64,000 nucleotides of DNA from Podarcis filfolensis (lineage: Eukaryota): the NCBI GenBank assembly GCA_964270895.1, contig OZ185437.1. One strand, written 5' to 3'. Below are positions 1-13,216 of the stretch, piece by piece (positions within the stretch are counted from its first letter, which is position 1; each line of letters begins with the position of its first letter). A model generated the notes under the pieces. The model ran no database searches, had not been told where the DNA came from, and saw only the letters and a program-made list of their open reading frames with translations. The position numbers and the translations under genes were made by a program.

Positions 1-342
1 ATTTGACTGGGTCAGGTTATATATCTGAACAATGTAACACACTTAAAGAGAATCTGAATTAAGTGAAAATTCTCTATTATGCTTAGTAGAATTGTCTGGA
101 TTTTTACTTCTTGAAATAAGGCAACCCTAACTGTACTAAAAAGGGAGAATTCTGTTTCAGACTACAGCTGCCACATTTCCAGTTTAAGCCTGGAATACAG
201 AAATATCCCTGAAATGGTCCGGTAAACTTTTCATTTTTAAAATTCTATAGTCAGGTATCATATTTATCCATCTCCATTATCTTGAAAAATTACTGACAAT
301 AGCATTTGAAATTGCCAAGCACTTAAAAGAAACCATACTTAC

Positions 343-919
343 TTCCAGTCTTTGAACCATTTCTCTGATGTCATCAGCACAGTTATCAAGTGCTGAGAGA
401 AGAACACATTCTCCTCTTTCATAAAAAACTTTAACACTCATTAATCCAGATGTCCATCCAATAACATCTCTGCAGGAGCAGTTGAAAACAACATTCTTTG
501 ATTCCTTTTCAATCAACACGATGAACTCATTTGAGATACCAAGAAGACATTCAATGTCAAGGGACTGACCAAAGTCTCGTGCTATCACATTCCATATCAC
601 TGCTCCAATGCTGAATAAGTGGGCATCCTTCCTTGGTTTCACTCTCTCTTTTTTCTTTGCTCCCAGTGTAATAAAACTAAACTTGACTGACGTGTCTACT
701 GTAGCGGTAGTAACAAAGTTTTCTGCAAGATCTTTCAAGTACTCTTGCCGTGTTCTAGTGGCCATGGCTCGAAATTTTTCTGACTTGTGTGCTGCATTTT
801 CTGCATTAATAACTTTGGCCAAAAGGAAGTCCCGGAAAACTGCTGATTTAGGGAAAGTCACTCCTTTAGGTATTGGTGGCCCGAAAGGTGGTACATCTTT
901 TGACCTTGAAACTCCAACA
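343..919 (-). CDS. SIPA1L2: SIPA1L2 coding exon 7 (577 nt), end of RapGAP domain and following region
   Basis: Acceptor ttttcttcacgttctag| and donor GAA|GTAAGT. Encodes [66 protein letters not shown]...IREMVQRLE. The gene continues left of the window. Confidence 0.97.
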
Positions 920-1111
920 CTAGAACGTGAAGAAAACTTATTATAGGATCAATGTTTTGTAAGTTATTTTAACTAAAACACTATTTGTTTATACATAAGA
1001 TATTCATGCATCTACCAAGGACAAGAAAAATTTATATAATAAACTACCTCAAAACTCTTCAAAAGAAGAAATTGTCAGGAATTACATTTGCAGCAAAATG
1101 AGAAAAATAAA

Positions 1112-1170
1112 ATCATAGAATTGTAGAGTTGGATGGGACCACTAGGATCATCCAGTCCAACCCCCTACAG
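1112..1170 (-). mobile_element. CR1 LINE extreme 3' end fragment
   Basis: tcatagaattgtagagttggatgggacc...tccagtccaacccc is the reverse complement of the CR1 3' terminus seen on plus at 35930-35980 and 63410-63450. Confidence 0.7.
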
Positions 1171-2094
1171 AACTCTTTCTAACTGAATATATTTTTTATC
1201 AAATTGAAAATGTGCTGCATCAAGAAATTAAATATTCACAGAACACAAATGTTGTTGTACCAACCCATCATAAAATGGTGTGTTACAGATGCATGTACAT
1301 GAACACTAAATATATAGATCAGGGTACTAGTGTATAAACAAATGCACAATTTTTTATGCCATATGCCTAGAATGCACTCCTATACAGTATTGATTCATGG
1401 TATGAACATATAAGCATGCCATGATCCATTATGGGCTACCTTGGAACTGAGTCAGTTACCCCACTTCTCCCGTCTAGAGTCCCCATGCATATAGAAATTT
1501 GTATTAACTATAGGGCTCAGCTTTCATAAGATTGCTTCTTGTCCTCGAATAATTCAGAGATTTAAATATAGAGACTACGTTCTATAGGTACCATACAACT
1601 TATTTTTATTGAAGCTAGCAAGTTTCCTGAACCTTACTAATATTTCTTTAAAGTACTGTCATTTTTGGTTTTATGGTGCAATCCAAACCCTCTCAAGCCA
1701 TCACTTGGACTTTTTGGAGCAGTACATCCACCACCCATCTGCACTCTGGTTGCTCACTGTGGCCAAAGATGAGGAGGTACAAGACAACTGGAACAAATTC
1801 CATCATCCGATGGCAGTGATTCCAGTGGATCCCAGTGTGGTTTAGCCCCTCCCTGAGGCACCCCATTTGGGGGCTTGCTGCCAGCCCCCACAGGCAAGGA
1901 TATGGCCTGTGGGTCTCCCACTAAGCTCATTCATTGAGTGGAAGGGGGAGGTTGGTGCCATGATGGTTGGCTGGGTGAGCTGGGAGCAGGTACATGGAAA
2001 ATGCAGAAAAGGCTGATAAAGCAAATAAACAATGGCCCCAGCAATTTCCAATGAAAGCCTAAGAAACTAAGGCAATTGACAAACCTATACTCAC

Positions 2095-2252
2095 CTATAG
2101 CACACATTTTCAGTGCAAGGGTTGTGGACTTTAACAATGACAAACACATGTTGAAAATGAGAACGGATATTTTTTGGAGTAAAAGGAAGCGCTCCAGGCT
2201 CTTGGAAGACAATGGTAACAATGTCATTTCCTATGTGCCTTTTCCTTAAAAG
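2095..2252 (-). CDS. SIPA1L2: SIPA1L2 coding exon 6 (158 nt), RapGAP catalytic region
   Basis: Acceptor ttgttttgcatctag| and donor TAG|GTGAGT. Encodes [52 protein letters not shown]. The catalytic 'Asn thumb' of GND is at 2226-2228. Confidence 0.97.
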
Positions 2253-4179
2253 CTAGATGCAAAACAAACAAACAAAAAAACATTAAAATGGTGACTACAA
2301 TTTCCTTCACATCCACTAGAAAAAAAGATAACTATTAAAAATGGCAATTATGTATTTTAAAAAACCCTAGACTTTGATTAGTCACAATGTTCTTGTCTTG
2401 GCACAGGCAGCACGCAACCTAAGTACGGTATATTTTACAGGTCTTGTCTATACCGTTTGAAATACACAGCTCTTTAAAAAGGGGAAAGTGGTGGGTTGAG
2501 AATAGGTAAAATCTTAAACCAGTCTTGTTCAAGTATATGAAGCACAGACCCACACTAAATAGCCCTTTAATCATTTCCAAGATGCAAAATAACTTTTCTT
2601 GTTTCCTTAAGATGTTTTTCCTCACTGTAGTGGTTTCTATACAGACTAGAAATTCTCAACATTTTAAACCAATCTTTCCCCACCATAAAAAGCACAACAG
2701 TCACCAAATATCTTCACAGGACAATTTTATTTCAATTAAATTTGGAAATGCAGCAGTGGACAAAGGCAGGCCAAGATCCAAGGATTCCTAAATGTACGTT
2801 GAAGCGGTTCAACACAGCTTTTGCCATTTATTTCCAGCTGCAGCTCTCCACACTGTTACAGTAACCTCCCAGACTTTTGGGAACAGCTTTTTGGGTAGTG
2901 TGTCTGCAGCAGAGTCTGTGAAAGAAAGGGGACCTCAGATATCCTGGCACACATTTAGAATCTCTCATGTGGTCCTTTGGATATTGCCCCAAATATGTAC
3001 ATGCAGACATTCATATTACAGCTAAATATGATATTTTGAAGTAACATATCTTAAGTAACATAAGCTAGTATCAATTTAAATAACTTGTAACCATGTAACA
3101 AGTATGTAATTAAAACATCAACCTTTTCTGTAATTATTTGGAAAGCTGAAAAGGTGTTGGAAATGTTACAATCCAGGAGCTCCACAGACACATACCGATG
3201 TTCACATGCAGTTTTCTGGTGAATTTTTACTTCAATAGTCCAATAGTAAACCAGAAGCTATTTCAGTTTCTCTTTGTTAGCTTAAAAGCAGAGCTGTCAG
3301 TGAAAGGAAATACTGAAGCAACACAAAGTCTCTGTAAAGTCCATCTACCAGAAAGTTTCGATCTCAGAGCTTTTGGAAATGCTGCAGTACCTTTTTGTTT
3401 ACTGTATTAATTTGGGATGTCCAGGATTAAGCTGGTAGAAAATTGGAGATATGACCTCTGCTGTATTCTGAGCTGTTTTAATTGAATTTTATTTAAAACA
3501 TTATCTATTACTGGCTTTTGAAATGATGTAGATGACAGACATATGTGAATGAAAATCACAACTGTGGGTATGCATCTGGTGCACACTAAGCTATGGTATA
3601 GGGTACAACCCAACTCTATTAAAATCAATGAAAGTTTTGCCATACCATTATAAGCCAGTAGCTGCAATCCATTTTACAGGTACAGACACTAATTTCAGCG
3701 TGTTTTTAGTGGGGCATAAATACTTTGGTCTACAGGTGGACTAAAGTAATTGGACTGGATTGAACTAAGCTGTTGCACTAGCAGAAGCCAGTGCAACAGG
3801 TCCTAAGAGATCAACAGGACTTGCCCCCCTCACCTTCACACCAATGCCCTCCCCATATCTGATTGGGAGGGTCAGGAGAGCCCCCAGAACAGGGTGCAGA
3901 GGGAGGAGTTCATTTTGCCTGGCAAGCAAAAGTAACTGTGCCGATGGAATGATCTCCTTGGGGCAATGCTGAATTCCTCCCAAAGGCTCCATGGAAGTGA
4001 GTTTTATCACTGCTAACAAATCACCAAAATAAAAGTTCATGTACTGATCAGATGTAGTTTCCCATATATTCAAATTATTCTAAAGTTGCAGAAAGTGACA
4101 ATAATACCTTTAATTTCAGATTCATCTGTTAACAGTGACAGATTAAAAATTAGGAAACAGAAGTAAGAAGTAAATATTT

Positions 4180-4285
4180 CAGGGGTAGCCAACATGGTAA
4201 CTGCCAGATGATTTGGATTACAACTCCCATCAGCCTTGATCATTAGCCATGCTAGCTAAGACTGAAAGAAGTTGCACCACATTGG
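4180..4285. mobile_element. Short degraded hAT-like MITE fragment
   Basis: Starts caggggtagccaac and contains ggattacaactcccatc, a motif typical of an abundant squamate repeat. No second terminus seen. Confidence 0.4.
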
Positions 4286-6996
4286 CTATGCCTGCAGGAA
4301 AGTGTACAAACAGAATGAACATTTTGCCTACTCCAGTCTGTGTGAGGAAAGGCATGTAAAAGCTAGTTGAGTGGAGGACAGATTTTTTCCAGAGGATCTC
4401 CAGAAGGCCCACTTATGGGCTGCAAAGGTTCCTGACTTTGGATGACATGCTAAGCCAAAACATAACTTAGCTTGGCAAAGTGCAGCAGCAAAACAAACTA
4501 GAGAGGAGCAAAATGGACAATTTCCTTTTTGGGATCCCACATATTTGCCTCAAGCCATGGCTTGGCTTAGATATTAGGTGCTAATTGGGTTGAATAATAA
4601 ATAACAGACATTTGCAATATAAACCTTTCTAAATTATTTTAAAGGGCATCAATAGTTCCTGAAAGGAATTTGAGTCTTGTCACCAACATGCATAAGCATA
4701 TTCATTAACATAATTGTATTAACCTAACCATATAAAACAAATTAGAACTCATTCATTCTTTAAAATGTTGGCAAATTGGGTGAGATTTCTGAGGTACAAC
4801 TAATATTTTAGTCAACATAGCAGACAACCATTATAATCAGTACCATAAAGGTCTGTACAACATCATAAAAAACAGTAATAGAACCATATAATTATAAATG
4901 GGGAATTGAAATGCAAGGAACAGGCAAGGAGAGTTAAATAGATGATATTGATATGTAATACATTGATCTCGGTAGGATTGTATAAATGGAATGCAAATTG
5001 AATGGAGAAAAAGGTATGAAAAAGAGAGAGACACTGTTCTGAAAACTGAAGAAAATGGTATGTAACTATTATACAGAGCTTGTTTTCATATCTCTAAGTT
5101 CTTTTCCCCTTTCTCTCCTTATTTGTTCAACTGCCCTTCCAACACACTCTTAACAATGATACAATTCAATTGGAATTTTAAATATAGTACATAGGTCAAG
5201 TGGGATTATTTTCAGGAAGTAACACAATATTGACAACAAGACCCTAATAACAGTTTCCACCTTAGTTCTAACACAATATTTACTTGGAAGTAAGGTCCAC
5301 TGATAATAGTATTTTTTTTAAAAAAAATGTAGATCACAACCTTAATTGGCGTGGTAAATCTAAATATGAATCCAGTAAAATATCAGCATTAATGAACTTA
5401 ATTTTAATATGAAAGAGTATCAAGTTAAGAGAATGTTAGAAAAGAAATATCTACCACCTTTTAAAAATAATGTATTAGTTCTGATCTGACCTTAATTGTG
5501 GACCTTCAATTTACTTTACTGGTTCTGTTTTCCCTAACATGCTAATCAAATGTGATTTTAAGTTTTCCAGATAATCTGAAATGGGATGCACCACCTAATC
5601 TGTCCCTTTAGCATATTTGTATTCATCTCTAAGCTTCCCAAGCAAAATTGACCATTACCGGACAGCTAAAGCCACAGCAATCTATTTCTGTAAGCCTTAA
5701 TTGCTTGCTCAAGCTAAAGCAACAAAGCTATCCTGTCATATTGCATAAAGCATCTTTCTTCATTCAATTTAATGGGGGGGGGGATGAAAAGACATCAAAA
5801 GAAACCTTCAAGCTTATTTTAATTTAGTAATAAAATAAGTGGTTTCATAATAAGTTTGCATTATATGTTAATATTTACATATACAAATACCACATATTTC
5901 AATCAGACCTGATTAAAACTAGGAAAATTCCAAACACTGAAGAAGCATTTAATCTTACATACCAAGATAGTAACTCGTTTTCATTTTTTTATTATTATTA
6001 TATCAGACAAGGAGATAACTTGACAACAGATTTGGATTAATCAGATCTGACCAAAGATAACAAAAGCAAATGGCAGAAGTGTGAGGAAATATTGCAAGGA
6101 AATGATCTGGAAAGGGTGTCTACAAGGGTAAAAGTTCAACAGGAGAAGCCTTTAACTGTGATGTGTAAGGAAAGCCAATACAAGGTGGTGGTACTGGCCA
6201 CACCAGAGTGGGTAGCTCCCTCTGTTCTGATCAGAACACAGAGTGAAGACTCCCCACCCTATATTGCAGCCAAAGTGAAAAATTACCTGTGTGTTTGGAT
6301 CTCCTGCTCGCTCTAAAACTAGAGGGATGTCCTGATCAGTGACCAAGCAGGGCGTAGTTATTTCCTAGAAAAAGCAACAGACAGTTCTGGTGTGGCCTAT
6401 TTCTGGCTCACAGGTAATTGGATTTTATGAAATGTTCATTGGAGATAGTGCTCACAGTAGCTGGCTACATACCTTGGCCAGTGACCATACGAGGTATAAT
6501 GGATGTATAAACCTATTCACACCATAATTTCAGTGGGAGGCTAGACCTCTAGATCCCATTCAAATCTAAGATGGGAAGTTCCCACATGACTCGGATAAGT
6601 GGATGAAACAAGATAAGCCCTGTACACAAAGTAAAATTTCTATACCACAGGGCTGGTAAGACTGTTCCTTGAGGACAGCAGCAACTTTATCTGTGATGCT
6701 GACTCTTAGCTTCCTGTGTGTCTCAAAGGGAAAGGTTTGTTATTTTATGTGAATTGTTCCTAGCTTGTCAAGAATACTTCCATGGGTACATTCTACATTA
6801 TATAGTTTGGCAATGAGGTACCAACAGAAAGAGAAAATAAACATTCATTAGCTATTTCTTCTACACATTAAGGCTGGCTAAATGTTGATTACTAGAGTGT
6901 GCTTATCACATTTTATTGAAAAGTGTCCATGCTGTGCAAATACCACTGGCATCCAGTATCATAAAAAATAATGTGGGGGGCCTTCAGATCTCAGTT

Positions 6997-7365
6997 GCCT
7001 GGTTTGCGCATAACACTAAATCAAATTATGGTTTAGTGTGAACAAAGTGTACTTTGCTCCTGCAGCAACACTACCAATAGCTAAGCCATGTCTTTGCTTA
7101 GCCTTATGAACTAGAGCTCATGGTTCATCTCACTCCAAACAAACCACACTGTGTAGCCAAAGTTTGTTCTCAGCTTATAGTTCTTGGTTTGATTTGGGGG
7201 AGACAAACCGTAAGCCCAAGTTTGCTAAGTCAAACCATGGTTTACCTCTTGGCAGTGAAACAGCAGGGAAGGAGCTAAGCAGCCACAATTTTCACTATAT
7301 GCACCAGCACACTGTTTTGTTCAAATTAAGCCATAGTTCGGCTTAGTGATACGTGCAAATGAGGC
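6997..7365. mobile_element. Old fold-back MITE (related fragments near 4440-4570, 25127-25230, 26150-26290)
   Basis: About 39-bp degenerate terminal inverted repeats (gcctggtttgcgcataacactaaatcaaattatggttta vs revcomp of taagccatagttcggcttagtgatacgtgcaaatgaggc). Recurrent aaaccat(a/g)g / gcttag motifs. Confidence 0.5.
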
Positions 7366-9712
7366 CAATATTACCTAAATATGGAAAACTTCCACATTAT
7401 TTTATCCAAAGAAATCCATAGAACATACTATGATATTACTGCTAAATATACCAAGACTGTCCAAGGTACAAAGACTGATGAGTGTTTACTAAAACATTGT
7501 GGAAGGGTGTGATTGTTACTGGGGAAATAATGGAATTAGGTTGGAAAATTTTGAGGATAAACCAAGAACAGGCTTTAGTTTGTCTAGAGAGGAAGACACA
7601 TTAGGGAATATTTAGGTAAAGATATAAGCAAAGGTAAGAAAACTGAAGAGTGAAATGAGTGGCTCAAGCAAACACAATAGTGAGGGTGACAAACGCCATA
7701 CAATTCTGGAAGAAGTGGATCAAGGTAAAAGGTTATTTCCTATGCTCACAGTTTAGGTAAAACCGAGACAAAGACTAACATTCAACATCAAGTAAGGGTT
7801 TAATGTATTGTCATTGCCTGCAATTAGGAACAAAAATATTTGAAATCAACATTGAGTATATCTTTTGTAGAAGTATTTTCTACAATAGTTAAACTTTGCA
7901 ATTTAAACCCATCCACAGATAGATTACAGTTTCTCAAACATTTTGTTATTCCAGTGTATACTGTCTTTTGTGTCATATTGGAGGGAATAAAATATTTGCA
8001 AATAGATGCAGTAAGCTCCTTGTTCACAACTTTGATATGTTAACCTATCACTTTCATCACCTTGGGCATGTGCACTGGATCACAAATAAATTTAAGTGTT
8101 TCTAAATTACATAGAAATATAATTAACTTCATATGATAGATGGATACAGATTTCTGTATCATCATAAATGGTCAAAATGGTCCCAAAAACCACAGGTAGA
8201 CCAAATATGTTTCTGTTGCTGGTTAGTGGTTAGTGTAGACAGTACTGAGGTAGATGTATTCTAAAGCCGTTTCCTATATGCCTTTCACGTATAATTTCTA
8301 GCTCCATTTTAAAAGGTGTTGCTACAATATTTTCTCATTAGATACAACTGTGCAGGTCTACTATTAAGACTTTCTCTTTATCCAACTAAGGCTTCGTTCT
8401 ATCCTCTGGGCACTTGCCTTGGGAATAGTTCCCATTGAAAACAATAGAAAGTACACCTGAGTTAAAACAGTACAAAACAAGCTATAAAGTTCTGATAGTT
8501 TGGTGAATTTGGTAAACAAGACCGCTGGTTACACCTACCCACTTCTAGGAAAGTGATTTGCCAATTATTATAAAACTATTTTAATTTTTATACATCTACG
8601 AAGCTATTCTTTTAGAACTCCAGAATTGCAAGTTCTGCCACATTCTCAACTTGCTCACTTTAGGCATAAATATCATACAACCTAACTACTACAATTTTAG
8701 CTACTCTCCCAAAACAAATTCACCACAGATAAGGAAATAACTTTTATACATCTGTCAATAAGTCTGAAAATATGTTTGCAGAAATCCTTATTCTTTGTGC
8801 AGATATACAAGGAACTGTTGTTGCTTCTTTTATCTACACACACTGGCTTGCAGAATGTTACACTCTGAGCAGTAATCTCATTTGTGAATGGCTCCTTTAT
8901 TCACACATTAAATTCGTAGAAGTGGGAATATATTATACATTTTAAAGTATCTATTTCTTTTAAATCCCATTTATAAAGCAAACTTATGCCAAAGGTATTA
9001 TTTATATCAATTAGTACAGGCAAAGACAGGGTTAACCTTACAAAAACAAAAAAAGAAAATCATGATTCAATTCAAGCCAATGGCAAAAGCCCATTAACTT
9101 CAAATCATTCAAGACTGCAACCATTAGGATTCTACAAAACCTCTGATGCAATGTTATTTTTAGCCATCCTTAATGCTGCAAGATATTCTAAACTAGAACA
9201 GAATGGTACATGTTCAAACATTAACTGTATTTGCTATATAATGCTCTATTATCTATGTGCATAACAGACAAGCAGTATGTTAAGTTATTAGAATACCAAA
9301 ACTTACACCATGAAAAATCTAATTACATATACTTGCATCTTTTAAATGCACATTATTAAAAATTAGGCTGGATTCAGTTTGTTTTGGTAGGAGAGGAAGT
9401 ATTTAAGTTTTCAGAAGTATCTGTATCACTAAATACTGGTAATTCAGTGAAATAATTTATTCTCTCTTTTTTAAAAATGGAAATACCAGATAGAAAAAAA
9501 ATAGTTAACAGAATAAACTTTTGGGTCAAAGCAGAAGTAATAAACCTAAGCATTTTAATCCGTAAGCAATCCTCAAGTTAAAATAATAGCAACAATAATT
9601 TTTACTGAGTATTCATAACAAACATTTCAACAACAACAAAAAAATACATTCTACAAACAACTTCTCAGACAAGAAATCATGCATGATTCCCTAAAGCTGA
9701 CTTGAGACATAC

Positions 9713-9816
9713 CTGTTGCCTGTTACTGGGCATATATGGAAGCATAGTTGACACATGAAACATTATTTCGTAATCTTTGTAGGTAGTATAAAGGGAATGT
9801 GTTCCAGTTGAATCGG
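9713..9816 (-). CDS. SIPA1L2: SIPA1L2 coding exon 5 (104 nt), RapGAP domain
   Basis: Acceptor ctttaatttcag| and donor CAG|GTATGT. Encodes (T)[34 protein letters not shown]. Confidence 0.97.
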
Positions 9817-10655
9817 CTGAAATTAAAGTCCACAAGTGGGTCAATGAAGACAATGCAGAAATTCAAGTATAATATAAACATCTCTCCTCCCCACCCCTGG
9901 GCCGCAAAAAAACACACCATCCAGCAAATATGACAGTTCCATATAAATTCCAAATAGTTTCAGAAGCCCTTTCCAAGGCATATGTCCCTATTGCAATTTG
10001 GCATTCAACTATTTCCTGTGGCAAGTGAAAGTTGCATGCCATTCAATGGGGGCAGCACAACCACTAAGACGGAGTACGCAAAACACAGCCACTTACGTAA
10101 CCCCTTGTTTTCCTCACCAAGGAAACCAGCTGCTGGGTCTGGTATTCCTAGAGCAAGGATGAGGAACCTCAGGCCCAAATGTGGCCCCTCCAGGCCCCTC
10201 TGTCCAGTCCTCATGCCTCTTTTGGAATGCCTCTCTACCACTTCAGGCTACATCCCTCACTGGTCCTACTCCATACCCTCATCTTTGCCTGTCTGTAGTA
10301 TGTCCTTCAATTGTAATGATGCCTCCTGCTTGCCTGGATGGAGGATGGAGATGGGTATCAGTGTGGGTGTGTCTGGACAGCTCTGCATGGTTGGAATGTA
10401 GTCAACTGCACAAAGATAAAACTCATCTGTTGCTATGACTCTGGCGCTAAGCATCAGCATGCAGGCCTGGAACACTGTCTGGCCCCACCGTAGGGTGACT
10501 GTGCTCAGACTGGAAGGGAAGAAAGAAATGCAGTGTAGATGCTGTCTCTGTGATCTCTGTGTAATCTGCATTTACAAAAGGAAAGCACTTTGGCATAACA
10601 GATTCTCTTATTTTTATAATTTTAGTGTTTATTACAATTTATTATTAAAACTTAC

Positions 10656-10830
10656 TTTTATTGTCTAGCTGAGCTCGGTATTTATTGAAACCTTTCAGCC
10701 ATACTCTCTGACCTAGGAGATCAAGGAATTCGTCAAAAGCCGGTCCTGCGGTCTCATTGTTATACATCTCCTCCTCAGTGCTTTGGCCTGCTTTGCAATA
10801 CAGGATCCCAATCTTGTGCTGAAAACTCAG
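10656..10830 (-). CDS. SIPA1L2: SIPA1L2 coding exon 4 (175 nt), RapGAP domain
   Basis: Acceptor tttttttcctaattacag| and donor AAA|GTAAGT. Encodes [58 protein letters not shown]. Confidence 0.97.
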
Positions 10831-13027
10831 CTGTAATTAGGAAAAAAATAGTCAGAACAGAAAAAGTCTCTAAAACAGGGTCTGACAGATATATTTTGTA
10901 ACCCTAGTAAGCATTTTTCAGTTTAGGATCGACATATTTGAACTTCCGCAGAGCAGCAGCTAATGCCAATTCTGGCACACTAACTGAACTTTACTTCTTT
11001 ACTTCTACTTGTGATGGATAAATCATGCCTTCCCAAAGCCCCTGTGCAGTATTAATCATTGGATCATTTGCAGCTGAGTATCTTCATTCTCTCTAAGGTT
11101 TTCTTTTCTTTTCAGAGGCCAAAATACATGTTATACCTATTGAGATAATCTCTGAAGTGAAATGTGATTTTAGGATTGCTTTGTATACTATAGTACTGTC
11201 TACATCATCTAGCAAAATGGGACACCTTATGTTGATCCCAGTGCAAATGCATTTGGGCTAATTTAAGATATTGCCTGCATAAGCAGGAACATCAGCTTCT
11301 GCTGCTCTGGGTGAATGAATTCCCCATTTGTCTTTCGTAAGTGGTTGTCTGTAAAGAATATGAAGCGTAAGCAGAAAGCACCATATATGGAAGATGTGAG
11401 TACTAAAAGCTCTGGAATATTCAACCCAAAAAGACCACACAAATTAGTTACTCTTGCATTAGGAAAAAAATACTGTTTTTTTTCTAACTTAAAATTCAGA
11501 TACCTGAAGTTCAATGGACTCTCCTTCTCTTTGCAATAATACCAGCCATCTTCTCTATTTTCCCAACTATGTGAAGGATTTTGGTGGAGGTGGGGGTGAA
11601 GTTTATATAAGTTCCCTTTTAGACTGTAACTACTGTTGACACAATCAGCCTGCTTATTTCTGACAATAATTGCAGATGAACTAAAGTATCTATAATGTAA
11701 GTATGTATTGCCAATTGATTGTAACAAATAGTGATTATTTTCACCATAGCAATTGATTTGATCGCTTCTATTTTCAACTTTATTAAAAACTTCTAGTAGT
11801 ATCAAAATAGGATGAATCCAGTGTTCCTACATCCATTCTATTAGCATTTCCTCTTCCTATTAAAAATTAACCAAGTGATAGAAAGCAGCAGTCTTCCTGT
11901 ACTGCTTTCAGATATCCAGCCATGCTCAAGGCTCATAATCACATACACTGAAAAATACTTATTTGGTCAAAATACATCCTCTGGCTACAGAATAAAAAAT
12001 GTATGTCATTGAATCAATGAGGTGTGCTGTATAAAGAATATTGCTCTATGGACTGAGGAATCCAGGGGACAAATCCCAGCTCAAAAACCCCGGATTGGTT
12101 TATTATTTATTAATTTGTTTCAAAAAAAATTATATATTGCTGATTGTAAGAAAAAACCTCAAATGTTGGTTGACTGGTCCAAGGTCACCTTGGAGTCAAG
12201 ACGTGAGAATAAAATGAGACATCCTCATATATGGTGTCCTGAGCTCCTTGGAAGAAGCCGGATATTTACCTTATTCATCATATTTGTATAAGGCTGACTA
12301 AAATGATGCTCTTTTTTCTGTATCTATATATGCATTTCTATATAAAATGATCAATTATGCCTTTTATAATCTTGCAGAACAGTGTCTGCCTTATCAAACC
12401 AATTAATCTCACCATTATTCACTCTGAATTTAAAGTATATGTTCATTTCATTGCTCATGCAGTGTTAACTTGTTAAATAGTCCCAATTAGAATTTCAGCT
12501 GTTTGATCTATCATATATTCCACATAAAGTAAGAAGACTGCCACTGCGAATAAGGTGTGCTAATTATAATTAGGAAAGGAAAATCTGAAAAGGTGAAAGA
12601 TTGGCAAACCAATGACTTTCCCTTTAATACAATGTGCAGCTTTCTAATATTGGGTGTTTACCAAAAATGGCTTACTAAACTGTATTTTACCTCCATGGAA
12701 AGTACAGCCATTTGTGCTTGTGATTAGTATGTGTAAATGTTCATTTTGTATATTTATTGTTTTATGTGAACCACTTTTATCTGAAGCAGTATATAAATAA
12801 GCCAACATGTAAGAAAACAAAAAAACCTACAAAATTATCTTAATGTAATATAAATACACAGAAAGTCCCCTTTTGTTAAAGTTCCTTAAAAATCTCCTTC
12901 ACTTATCGTAAGTTAACTGCATTTCCACAGACAGGTCAGATCAAATTCAGTTGTATTTATGACAACAAAACAGTGCAATAAGACAACTCACAGGCACGCA
13001 AGTTCAGGCAAGGCATGCAATACCTAC

Positions 13028-13216
13028 CCCTTGTTCGTCAAGTTTAAGCAGCTGCTCAGAAACTTTGGGTGAGTTAGAAGCTTGCCGTAGGCACTGAATG
13101 CTCAGTTCTGGTATTACATATTCCAATACTTCTTTAAGAGGTAAACCGCGTGCTGTGCCATGTCTAGCAGTAGATGGAATAGCATCTTCTAAAATGGCTC
13201 CCCTCAACGTGGTAAG
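13028..13216 (-). CDS. SIPA1L2: SIPA1L2 coding exon 3 (189 nt)
   Basis: Acceptor cttgctgtag| and donor GGG|GTAGGT. Encodes [63 protein letters not shown]. Confidence 0.97.

Noticed and set aside
6080-6350. Very old CR1-like remnant (also about 7480-7820)
   Set aside because: Only faint motif resemblance, too degraded to call.
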